DNA of 63,322 bases, the filler included, from Octopus bimaculoides (Eukaryota): the NCBI RefSeq assembly GCF_001194135.2. It is 9 parts of 8 records of this genome, joined end to end, with 100 filler letters (N's around TTAATTAATTAA, not from the genome) between each part and the next. Parts side by side here need not be neighbours in the genome. Positions count along the whole stretch, not along the records: positions 49,065 to 54,483 come from NC_068985.1; positions 54,584 to 57,510 come from NC_068982.1; positions 57,611 to 60,359 come from NC_068992.1; positions 60,460 to 62,009 come from NC_068985.1; positions 62,110 to 63,322 come from NC_069004.1; 4 more parts are not named here. One strand, written 5' to 3'. Numbering within the stretch: position 1 is the first letter of the stretch; each line of letters begins with the position of its first letter. Below the pieces are notes generated by a model, which worked only from the letters and a program-made list of their open reading frames with translations, was not told the origin of the DNA and did not search any database. A program made the translations under genes and the position numbers. Shown piece by piece: positions 52,821 through 63,322 of the stretch.

Positions 52821-53644
52821 ATGTGCGTGTGTGTGTGTGTGTGTGTAATAAAGTCTGAGAGAATAGTGTAGTGCGAAGAAGAATCTGTCTCATTGCTTCG
52901 TGTGGGATATCGAATACAGTTTCTAGCATAGTTTAAATAATGATTTGATCACTTTGTGTTTTTTTCTTACACTAAGAACTATTTGGGAAACAATTTTTTT
53001 TTTACTTTGATGACCGACATTTTAAAACTCTCATGAATGGCGGATACAAAAGCAATCTTTCAAAATTTCCAAACTTGTTCGCACATGTAAAATTGACCAC
53101 AACAGTAAATGGAAGGAGGAGAAGCTACTTAAACATGAAAATTTCAGTGCAGATTGTTTTTATTTATTTATTTATTTATTTATTAGTCTGTCTTTTGTGT
53201 TTTTAATAATTGAGAGATGTAGTTAAGGAAATTTGAGTCGTAATTTGCATTCAAATCCTACTTGTTTTAGTTTTTGTATTATTGTTGTGATCGTTTTAGT
53301 GCTATTGTTGTTGTAAAGCGTTGCTTGAATATGATATCGAACTAGAGAGAATTTTCTGATAGGACTTTGTCTGAACCGTTCTATCGATTTGCACTTGTTA
53401 TATGTTATTTATAGAAACTTAACGTAATTTTCGATGTACGTTTAAAAGTACAATGGAAATATATTGAACTGAGAATTAACATAAAGTTTAGGAGGGATTT
53501 TGTTTTTAAACTGAAAGTAAATTGGCCGGAAGTAACGACTGTGACATAACTACTGTGATTATTGTAACGTCCCATACTAAACTAAATACACCCTTTGGTC
53601 AGGAATGACCATGGTGGTGGTGGTGGTGGCGGCAGCGGCGGCGG

Positions 53645-53992
53645 ATCTGCCTCTTAGACGATGATGATTCAATTGTACGATCAACGGAATTGCCTACTCC
53701 TGGATTAGCATGTAAATGGCTGAGTATTCCACGGATATGTATGTTTCATACGTTATTCTCAAGCAGAATCAGCATGACACAGTATGTGATATGGTTGTAG
53801 CCCTTAAATTACAGGTACGATGCACCCGAAAGGCTTCTATACAGTTTCCGTCTATCCGATTTTGCTTACAATGAATGGGTCAAACTCGAGGCTATAGAAA
53901 ATGACATTTAGCCAAGATGCCAAGCAGGGCGATCGAACCCGAGACCTTGTGATTCTGAGCGAGCTTCTTAGTCATTAAACTACACTGGGCCT
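53645..53992 (-). mobile_element. Chimeric SINE: family B head joined to family C tail
   Basis: 53820-53992 matches the family B head (reverse of GACGGAAACT, CTATAGCCTCG, GGTTCGATC); 53645-53818 matches the family C tail (GATCAACGGAA..GCCT..TGGCTGAGTATTCCAC..GTGACACAG..TTACAGGTAC). Confidence 0.55.
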
Positions 53993-54376
53993 CCCAGTCA
54001 CGAGAAAAGAATTATGTAAAGAGTAGGTGTTTAAATATAGAATTCGGTTTGGACTCGTGTGGCATCATTTCTATGTAATAGTGATCTAAACGTCAACGAC
54101 TAAATCTAACACTAACACAACGTTTTATAGATGTGTGTGGGATCTATTTCAAAACGGGGGCACCAGTTTTCATTTATGTTTTATGTAGTGTTTTTGGTAC
54201 CGAAAGACTTTCAAACTTCGTATTCTTATCTATTTTGTGTTATAGAACAGAAATATATTTTTGTATTCGAATTTATTTCATGTAAAAAATTGTCTTATTT
54301 CGATAATTTCTACTAATCACTGACGTCTATTCAGTTGAAAACAGTTAGCGCTGTAACGGTGTATATCGTATTAATC

Positions 54377-54443
54377 CCCTAACCCTAACCCTAACTAGAC
54401 TGTTAACCGTAACCGTAACCCTAACCCTCAAACTAACCCTAAC
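54377..54443. repeat. Degenerate interstitial (CCCTAA)n telomere-like repeat
   Basis: CCCTAACCCTAACCCTAA...TAACCGTAACCGTAACCCTAACCCT..CTAACCCTAAC. Confidence 0.8.
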
Positions 54444-54775
54444 TCTAGAATCCGAACTCTAAAATTGTTACACACATAGATACNNNNNNNNNNNNNNNNN
54501 NNNNNNNNNNNNNNNNNNNNNNNNNNNTTAATTAATTAANNNNNNNNNNNNNNNNNNNNNNNNNNNNNNNNNNNNNNNNNNNNCTAGAAAGCCGAAATTG
54601 ACTTTTAAAACCTAGAAATGTGCCACACAGGGCAGATTTCCGTTGCAAAAAACTTGCACCAGAGAGTCTATAAGTTGTTATACAACTTTCTATATAAAAT
54701 AAACTTTACAAACAAACTTTTTAAAGCATAAAAAAGGCAAAACTTACGGAGCCGACACGTCTACCGTCTGTCCAT

Positions 54776-54844
<69 letters not shown>

Positions 54845-55035
54845 CAAAAGCCATAGCCACTCGTTGTTTTGAGTTCTTTAGTAGTTGCTAGTTCAAACAT
54901 AGTCACTCTCTCGGCCCTCTTATGACACAGTAGAACATCGAAGTTTCGATGAAAGGAGAGAGGGTTGCACGAGTACTTAGCTGGTACTCGTTTTCAGTTG
55001 AGTACAGTGGAGTAAGGTGAAATATGCTGTTTGAG

Positions 55036-55072
<37 letters not shown>

Positions 55073-55166
55073 GAAAGGGAGAAACATCTTAAGAATTTAG
55101 AAACTCCGAGAAAACGTGAAATAATACGATTTTAACAGTTTGGACTCAAAGTAAATATAACTACAA

Positions 55167-55285
55167 ATATTGGTTTCAGATTTTAGTACAAGGCCTGCAA
55201 TTTGGTGGGAGATAGGTTAGTCAATTACGTTGAGCCCAGTGTTCAACCGGTAATTATTTTATCGAATGAAATACAAAGTCGAACA
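55167..55285 (-). mobile_element. SINE family A 3' half
   Basis: ATATTGGTTTCAGATTTTAGTACAAGGCCTGCAATTT...CCCAGTGTTCAACCGGTAATTATTTTATCGA. Confidence 0.7.
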
Positions 55286-55845
55286 CACCTATTGACGGTT
55301 CTCAAACTATGTCATTGATTGTTTACCGGGTAATCACGTTGCTAATTACATTGCAAAACTCATTATAAAAGAAAAAATCCATGCGAATAGGAATCGAACT
55401 CACAGCCCAGCAGCCGGAACAAAATAGTTCCAATGCAGTTTGTCCTACGCATTATATAAACATACAGACATAAATACAAATATTATGAGCGCCGTTAAAG
55501 GTAGGGTTGCCCCTAGGGATTAGAGTCAATCAACTTGACTACATTCCTTTTTAGGGGTCACGTCAGCTCACTTGTACAGCTGTCAATGTCTTGGCAAGGG
55601 ATTGACTTCACAAGATTCACTTTGTTTGGAAACACTCCAGGATGATGGCGTCTTCGAGAGAGACTCCACAGTTCAGTGTTTACTCGTGTACTTTTGTACT
55701 GTTGTATTGCTTTGTTGGTTCCAGCCGTCCGGCTGTGGCTATGTTGAAGCAAACACCATGAGGTTTATTGCACCCTTGCGCAATGTACGCATGGTATTTC
55801 AAGGAAGTTTCACACTAAATACATCTAAAATAAAGAGAAACATTT

Positions 55846-56459
55846 TTTCTAAATCTCTCAAAGAGAGATATTCAGTAACAGTTCTTTAAAAGAAAGACTA
55901 TTTGCCAACACAATGTGGCTGTCCTGGATGGGATGATTGTTACTGTTGTTTAACCCCAGGAAACATCCTTTCCAGCTGGCTATACGACACAATACTGTGT
56001 CCTTATATTTTCGAACAGGGAGCCCATCGCCCCCATCCAGAACAAAGCAATATCTGTGGACTGGCTTCTGTGTTATTGCTCTTTATCAGCACAGAGTAAC
56101 TTGGCTAGGTGGCGTTGTTGAATTCCCGTTCGGAAATATATAATTTTCAAAGTGACACACATCACTGATCTAATAAATACAAACATTATTATTTCTAAAT
56201 CTCCCAAAGAGAGATATTCAGTAACAGTTCTTTAAAGTAAAGGCTATTTACCAACTTAGCCAAGCAGCTACTCTGTGCTGATAAAGAGCAATAACCCAGA
56301 AACCGTCCACAGATGTTGCTTTGTGCTGGACGGGGGTCGAAAATATAAGAACGGAGATATTGTGTCGTATAGCCAACTGGAAACGATGTCTCCTGGGGCT
56401 AAACAATACTAACAATTATACCATCCAGGACAGCCACATTACGTTCGCAAATAGTCTTT
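55846..56459. repeat. Local direct-plus-inverted duplication (A-B-spacer-A'-reverse B)
   Basis: A = TTTCTAAATCTC.CAAAGAGAGATATTCAGTAACAGTTCTTTAAA at 55846 and 56192; B (55893-56112) is the reverse complement of 56251-56459. Confidence 0.9.
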
Positions 56460-56531
56460 ACATACAAAATAGATACACACACACACATAACAAAAATACT
56501 CACACACACGCATGTGTATAAATATGTGTGT

Positions 56532-56581
<50 letters not shown>

Positions 56582-57610
56582 ACGCACACTGCATACGTTC
56601 ATACATGCATATAATTCATTACATATAGATGTACACAAATACAAGAATAAGTATACTCATGCACGAACAAGAATACATTCATCAACACCCGTACGCGCAT
56701 ACACACACACACACACTGGATATATGGATATATATATATATATATNNNNNNNNNNATATATATATATATATTCTGCATATATCCATTTAATGCTTGAGTA
56801 GTTGAAATTTCGGGTGTTCTTTCCTTTGTCTCTTCTGAGAATAATTTTCATTAACGCCAATTACTTTTCTTTTCACTTAAGTTAAAATTTCAGTCAGTGA
56901 AAAATTATTCACAATGCGCCATTTCAGTATTGTAGCCTGCACTTAACTATAGAATCTCCATGCAAAATATACACCTGGAAAGTTTTGTAACGAATTTTAA
57001 GCTATTTATCATACTCTCTCACAGTTGCTGTACCTCTTCTATTTTGCCAGCTGTTTCGTTCTTGCGTCTGTTAATATAAATAAATTTTCTCGTTATTTAT
57101 ATATTAATATTTAATGTACAATCTTAATATATAAATCTGAAATTGTGTGTTTGTGTGAAGCCTATTTGAAAGTTTATAGAAATCCACATTTTCCACTTTT
57201 TCGTAAAATTTTTTACATCAATGGAATTTTCTCGATCTGAACTTTCCAGTGCAGTAATTAGATTTTTAAAATTCCGTTTACTTTGTGTGATTTAAGGGAG
57301 ATTTGGCTGTTGTTTCTAGCAACTTTTATATTTCATCCCTTCTACCTGGAACGCAATTCTTACACACGCGCTCAACATAAAAATATAGAGAGTAAGAGTT
57401 AAAGAGGGAGAGGGAGAGAGAGAGAAAGTGATACATACAACGTCATAGATTAAACTTTCATCTCAGTATTCTTTACCTATTTTTAATAACATAGATACGT
57501 AAAAACACACNNNNNNNNNNNNNNNNNNNNNNNNNNNNNNNNNNNNNNNNNNNNTTAATTAATTAANNNNNNNNNNNNNNNNNNNNNNNNNNNNNNNNNN
57601 NNNNNNNNNN

Positions 57611-57777
<167 letters not shown>

Positions 57778-57780
57778 AAA

Positions 57781-57987
57781 ACCATAAGAAAAAATTATTG
57801 GAGCTGCTGTTAGGCTTGCGGTGATCCAGAAGACAACATTGTTGGGTACAGCTCGCATTCTAAGGGGAGCATTGTCTCTTTGAGTCACAGGAAAAGGCAC
57901 TACTTGAAACCTTTGGTGATTTGTTGTTGCCTGCTTTCAAGTAAAGAATAACCGGTAATTAAGAACTATCCGAGGGTCTCTCAGAAA

Positions 57988-58018
<31 letters not shown>

Positions 58019-58031
58019 ATGATAATAATAA
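57781..58031 (+). mobile_element. Severely 5'-truncated R4/Dong-clade LINE
   Basis: 57791-57883 translates KIIGAAVRLAVIQKTTLLGTARILRGALSL*, followed by a ~100-bp UTR and (AAC)n(AAT)n tail. Confidence 0.8.
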
Positions 58032-58188
58032 TTTCTACTAAAGGCACATGGCCTGGAATTTTTGGGGAGGGGGGTAACCTATTACATCGTTCCCAGTACT
58101 TGACCTGTAAAGTCGACCTCGGCGGAATTTGAACTCAGAACAGAAAGGCGGATGAGATGCCGTGAGGCATTTCATCCGGCGTGCTAAT
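58032..58188 (-). mobile_element. SINE family A with internal deletion
   Basis: GGCACATGGCCTGGAATTTTTGGGGAGG...AAAGTCGACCTCGGCGGAATTTGAACTCAGAAC...GGCGTGCTAA. Confidence 0.8.
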
Positions 58189-58779
58189 GAAATGATGATG
58201 ATGACGATGATGATGATAATTGTTTAATATCTCGTTTTACTGCAAATCTATGTTTAACCTAAGTACGAAGAAAAAAGAAGAAGAAGGAGGAGGGGGAGAA
58301 GGAGGAGGGGAGGAGGGGAAGAGGAGAAGCAACTGGATGATATTTAATGGATAAATGATAACAACAACATCAACAACGCGTTCAGCTTTCAGTTTATATT
58401 GAAAGTCTATGTCCAAACAATGAGTGAAATTGTTTACGCCGTTGGACAAAATGTTATTCACGCTTGCTCCAGGTTTTTTCCAGGCCAACATTTTAATATT
58501 TAATTAATAAGTAATTCCAATTAGATAGCATATAATTTCAATTAAACGTCTGTAAGTGGAACAAGCTTAATTGTCAAGAAACTGAACAACTGGTGATGAT
58601 TTCTACAATATTACTGTCTCGACCTAATTAGTCTATTAGCACTTTTATTAATATCGATAATTAAGACCTGTAGGTTCTTGTCAAGAACTAAGGTTTCAGC
58701 AAGCTACGAGAACATACGTTGGAGTGTCGAGGTGTGTGTCGGGAGTGGAGGTCATGTGGAATATATATTGAGCTTTTTA

Positions 58780-58960
58780 GGCATGGTTGTGTGGGTTATA
58801 AAGTTTGTTCTTCACAACTTGCAACCATACGGTCTCAGGTTCGATCTGAGTGCTTCTCCGTATCATTTTGGGCAAGCATCTTCTGAAGAAATCCCAGAGT
58901 TGACCGATGCCTTGTGAGTAAAATGTTGCAGACTAAAACCATGCGAAACTCTGTCGTATG
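58780..58960 (+). mobile_element. Degenerate SINE family B, 5' half
   Basis: GGCATGGTTGTGTGG...CAGGTTCGATC...TTGGGCAAG..GACCGATGCCTTGTGAGT. Confidence 0.55.
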
Positions 58961-59509
58961 TATGTATGTATGTGTGTGTGTGTGTGTGTGTGTGTTTGTC
59001 ATTATTCAGTTTTTTTAAGATTTCTGGTCAATAAAGAAAGAGCCGGTTTCTAAACTAGATCGAAGGTTGCTGTATTGGAATTTCAACAACATTAACAAAA
59101 TATGTTAAGCCGTACATAACTGTTGATCATCATGCAGATGACATCTCTAATTCTCTGAATAATTACCATAAAACCAGCGATTAAGATTTCTCACAGAAAC
59201 ACATGCGCGCATTCATATACATATACATATATACATACATACGTACATACATACTTACGTACGTACGTACAGACATACTTACATACACACATAGCGGGAG
59301 AGTGAAGATTTGTAAGACATTCCAAAAATTCTTCAATTGAGATTCTTCTGTGAATAGATGCGCATACCCAAAAAATCACACATTTACAAACACTGGGAAC
59401 TCTCTCAGCTCAAAAATTCATGTCGCTTCGTTAGAGACTGGCTTGAACTCGCCCAAGAACTTAAATCAAACTCAAAGAAAAATCATACTTACATACATAC
59501 ATGCATACA

Positions 59510-59858
59510 GGCTCAGGAGTGGCTGTGTGGTAAGTAGCTTACTTAATAACCGCATGGTTCCGGGTACAGTCCTACTATGTGACACCTTGGGCAAATGATT
59601 TCTACTATAGCCTCGTGCTGACCAAAGCCTTGTGAGTGGATTTGGCAGACAAAACTGAAAGAAGCCCGTGGTGTGNNNNNNNNNNACCGATGCTGGTGTG
59701 TTTGTGTCCCCGTAACTTAACGGTTTGGCAAAAGAGATCGATAGAAATAAGTACTAGGCTTACAACGAATAAGTCCTGGGGTTGATTTGTTCGACAAAAG
59801 GCTGTGCTCCAGCATGACCGCAGTCAAATGACTGGGGCAAATGAAAGAAAAGAAGAAT
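59510..59858 (+). mobile_element. SINE family B, near full length
   Basis: Head GGCTCAGGAGTGGCTGTGTGGTAAGTAGC...GGTTCCGGGTACAGTCC, CORE-like GTGACACCTTGGGCAA, tail CTCCAGCATGACCGCAGTCAAATGACTG; used as the family reference. Confidence 0.9.
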
Positions 59859-60019
59859 ATATACATACATACATACATACATACGTACATGCATACATAC
59901 ATACATACATACATACATACACGCATACATGTATATTGAGATAATATTTGGCCAGAATTGACCTAAGCCATGCTTAACTTAAAAGAAACAGTTGAAAGGT
60001 AATTTAACGGTGTTTCATA

Positions 60020-60359
60020 TTACAGTCTTTCTTTGGGCACCATAGCCCATTCGAGCAAAGTGTTATTGTTTGAAGAAATATAACAGGGCGTAGGTAGTAT
60101 ATCTCGAATTTGTTGGAGATATCCAACCAGGAACCGTTTGAATGTTATGATTGTTTTTACTCCTCTAATGTTTTTGGCACGATGCTAAAGAGAGTAGGGC
60201 TAGTTGAGGTGAAATTGTTCTGTGTTAGTATTGTGATGCGATGTGAGCATGATTTGTGTTGAGGGTGGATGGCACGGGACCAAGCCGTGGGTGATTTTTT
60301 AAGTTAATGCCAACATCATTTGGGAAACGCTGTTGGAACATTTTCCACATCATTTGTTT
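60020..60359 (-). mobile_element. CR1-like LINE 3' end (ORF2 C-terminus, frameshifted)
   Basis: Minus frames give MMWKMFQQRFPNDVGINLKNHPRLGP, NFTSTSPTLFSIVPK and ITFKRFLVGYLQQIRDILPTPCYISSNNNTLLEWAMVPK, resembling CR1 C-termini (P.LFN.LP / FK..LD.FL..IPD.P..PGY...NSL). Confidence 0.7.
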
Positions 60360-60459
60360 NNNNNNNNNNNNNNNNNNNNNNNNNNNNNNNNNNNNNNNNN
60401 NNNTTAATTAATTAANNNNNNNNNNNNNNNNNNNNNNNNNNNNNNNNNNNNNNNNNNNN

Positions 60460-61227
60460 GAAGCACGACCTCCGAACATTAGGCCTCACTGAGGCAATGA
60501 CTTGTGACCGTGACCTTTGGAAATATGGTGTGCGTGAGAAGACCCGGCAAGCCAAGTGAAACCAAAATCCAAGGCCTCTGCCAGGGATGTAGCCAGCCCA
60601 CTTACGCGTAACATTCCTTCATTGGACACTAAACTCCGCTTGCAAAGACATGGTGAGGCAAGTGAAATAGGAATTGAAATCGAACTAAATTTGTAGGAAC
60701 ACTAAACTCGGCTTGTGAAGACCTGTTGGGGCAAGCGAAAGCGAAATCGTGATGGCACCTGTACCAGTGGAGCACTAAGAGCACCGTCCAAGCACGATCA
60801 TTGCCAGAGCAACTGTCTGGCTTCCGTGTCAGTGGCACGTAAATAGCACCAGCGTGATCGTTACCAACGTTGCCTTTCTGGAACTTGTGCCAGTGGCCCG
60901 TGAAAAGACATTTGAGCGAGATCGTTGCCATTGCCGATGGACTGGCTCCTGTGCAGGTGGCACGTAAAATACACCATTCCGAGCATGGCCGTTGCCAGTA
61001 AGACATTCGAGCGAGGTCGTTGCCAGTGCCGATGGACTGGCTCCTGTGCAGGTGGCACATAAAATACACCATTTCGAGCGTGGCTATTGCCAGTACCGCC
61101 TGACTGGCCTTCGTGCCGGTGGCACATAAAAGCCTGGTGTCGCCTCCTGGTCCACCAGTCCTCAGTCAAATCATCCAACCCATGCTAGCATTGGAAAGCG
61201 GACGTTAAACGACGATGATGATGATGA
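60460..61227 (+). mobile_element. RTE-clade LINE 3' end with long repetitive 3' UTR and (GAT)n tail
   Basis: 60461-60559 translates KHDLRTLGLTEAMTCDRDLWKYGVREKTRQAK* (RTE C-terminal DL..L.L...A.DR..W motif); terminus GGACGTTAAACGACGATGATGATG. Confidence 0.85.
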
Positions 61228-61690
61228 GAACATGTTTTGTGGGTGAAATCCTAATCTCTTGTATCACAAACAAAGGAATCGGAAGAAATTTAGGAAATGT
61301 CACCTCGGACATACTAGAAAGAAGAGGAAGGACAGGATTTCTAGGAAAACGTCCTTTCAAGTTTATATCGAAGATCAGGTATTTAAATACACTCATCACA
61401 ATCACAAAATACACAATAGAAAAAATGACTTCAATTCGGTCTGAGCTCTAAATTTGCAGGTGTACACTGCAAGAAATAACATAGTTTGCACAGAAATTTT
61501 GCCTAGTGTGCATATGCATGTGTGTGTGTCAAGGGAAGTTATCTTATGGCATTCTATCATTTGCAGAAGTAAAGTTGTTGACATATATGGCATCATGATT
61601 GTTTGTTTATTTCCATAACATTGTTTTAATTTCTGTATGCTTTGAAGAGATATATATACACGTGTATGGGATATATATACACATGTGTGT

Positions 61691-62009
61691 ATCATCATCA
61701 TCATCATCATCATCGTTTAACGTTCGCTTTCCATGCTAGCATGGGTTGGACGATTTGACTGAGGACTGGTGCAACCGGATGGCTACACCAGGCTCCAATC
61801 TAATTTGGCAGAGTTTCTACAGCTGGATGCCCTTCCTAACGCCAACCACTCAGAGAGTGTAGTGGGTGCTTTTACGTGTCACCCGCACGAAAACGGCCAC
61901 GCTCGAAATGGTGTCTTTTATGTGCCACCCGCACAAGAGCCAGTCCAGGGGCACTGGCAACGATCTCGCTAGAAAACCCTACAAGGTCAGTCAGGCGGTA
62001 CTGGCAACG
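61691..62009 (-). mobile_element. Second RTE 3' end, inverted relative to the first, cut by a gap
   Basis: (CAT)n CGTTTAACGTTCGCTTTCCATGCTAGCATGGGTTGGACGATTTGACTGAGGACTGG is the reverse complement of 61155-61227; also shares the UTR units. Confidence 0.9.
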
Positions 62010-63139
62010 NNNNNNNNNNNNNNNNNNNNNNNNNNNNNNNNNNNNNNNNNNNNTTAATTAATTAANNNNNNNNNNNNNNNNNNNNNNNNNNNNNNNNNNN
62101 NNNNNNNNNAATGGTAACAAGAAAGACTCTAGAAACTACAAATCTAAAAGAAAAAAATAAAGAAGGAAGAAAACTTTGGAATGCTAAAAGAGACAGAAGA
62201 ATATTTATTGAAAAAATAAATTAGGTTTGAAGAGAAAATGTTTGCAAAAAAAAAGAAAACAATTGAAATTAGAATTAAAGATAAAGTGAAAGGGGAAAAT
62301 ATGATAAATTATATTGATAGCAGTAAAGGGGTTGAAAGAAAGGCTTTCAGGGATTGGTGCTAAGATTCGTTACCCAAAAAAAAAAAAAAAAAAAAGTCAA
62401 ACAAACAAATAATTGGAATTAAAATGGAAACTTTTATGGCAGTAATGTTATGGAATTGTCGTGGGATTTGTTGCGGAAAAGGGGGTCAGTTGGAGGTTTT
62501 CGTCCTTTGGAAAGTAAGTAGTCCTGAGAGGGTTGGATATGCAAGATTTAGGAGAAGCTCAAATTGAGGTCTAAATGATAAGACTTAAAGTAGCAAACAG
62601 TTAAATATCAATGAAAGCGATGACGCAGTGACAAAGTGTGTGATGACGGAAAGGAAGAAAGAAAATCTGCAGCAAGTGAGAATGGGAAGATGATGATGGT
62701 GATGATGATGATGGCGACCTTTGGAAAGCAGCTGAAGAAATTGTGAGGATGTGTTTACAAATATCTACAGAATAAGGTTTTGGCAATTGCAGAGAGAATC
62801 TCCAGGCTGTCTGGTACTCTATGAGAGCTGGCTCTAAGAAGAATTTTTGAAATAGGAGCGGATCAAAAGATAGGGAGGAAAACACAGAAGAGAGGGGGGG
62901 GAGGAGAAAATATTGGGAATTTAAACTAACAAATCGAAAAAAGGGGATAAAGAAATTCAAGGAAAGATGTTGGTTATGACAGAGAAAAACAAAAATAAAA
63001 ATATTCCCTGACATGGAAAATAAAACAAATAGAATTTCAGAAATTATTTTTCTCAAATCCAAAACCATGGCCATCACTCAAAAGTGCGTGTGACTTTGAA
63101 GCATAGAGCATGTTGTTGATAATTGTTTTAGGTGCTATG

Positions 63140-63322
63140 TTGTCATAAGAAGACATAGGAACCCCACTAGAGCCATCGCACCTGTGGGATGTGACCGCAG
63201 ATGGGAAAAAAGAATCGTCAGACTATTTACTGTTGTGTAGACTGGAGCAATTCGAAATGAAGTATCTCTTTCAAAGATACAACCCGCTGCCACCAAGTCC
63301 AGGAATTGAACCCACAACCATT
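63140..63322 (-). mobile_element. tRNA-derived SINE family C/D, running off the window end
   Basis: GACTGGAGCAA..GAAATGAAGT.TCT...GATACAAC...CCAGGAATTGAACCCAC. Confidence 0.65.

Noticed and set aside
60830-61131. Shared GGTGGCAC motif between RTE UTR units and the 52-bp minisatellite
   Set aside because: Only 8-10 bp in common; not enough to claim common origin.
60629-61178. 147-aa and 105-aa minus-strand ORFs
   Set aside because: Antisense reading of the GC-rich RTE 3' UTR tandem units.
62100-63077. Purine-rich segment with a 158-aa minus ORF and a plus-strand IKIFPDM motif reminiscent of L1 ORF1
   Set aside because: The plus frames have many stops and one short motif is too little to assign. 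The minus ORF is low-complexity F/L/S.

Overview
AT-rich, microsatellite-dense eukaryotic genomic DNA, about 10% N, from a fragmented scaffold assembly. The SINE and LINE families look like those of octopus (coleoid cephalopod); this taxonomic call is inference from remembered repeat families. I cannot identify any host protein-coding gene with confidence, and almost all listed ORFs are artefacts of microsatellites, N-gaps, a minisatellite or antisense reading of LINEs. The window holds about 30 tRNA-derived SINE copies of at least four families (here called A, B, C/D and a Penelope-like one). It also holds four 3' fragments of R4/Dong-clade non-LTR retrotransposons, two RTE 3' ends, a CR1 3' end, a mariner remnant, a 52-bp GC-rich minisatellite, a 430-bp palindrome and a direct-plus-inverted duplication. 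Eight N44-TTAATTAATTAA-N44 cassettes are assembly artefacts. The most interesting signal is a tRNA-headed SINE (43054-43366) whose body contains a co-oriented, Penelope-type minimal hammerhead ribozyme fold (43234-43279). A second isolated hammerhead core lies on the minus strand at 12854-12880. Coordinates of degenerate repeats are approximate (about +/-15 bp).
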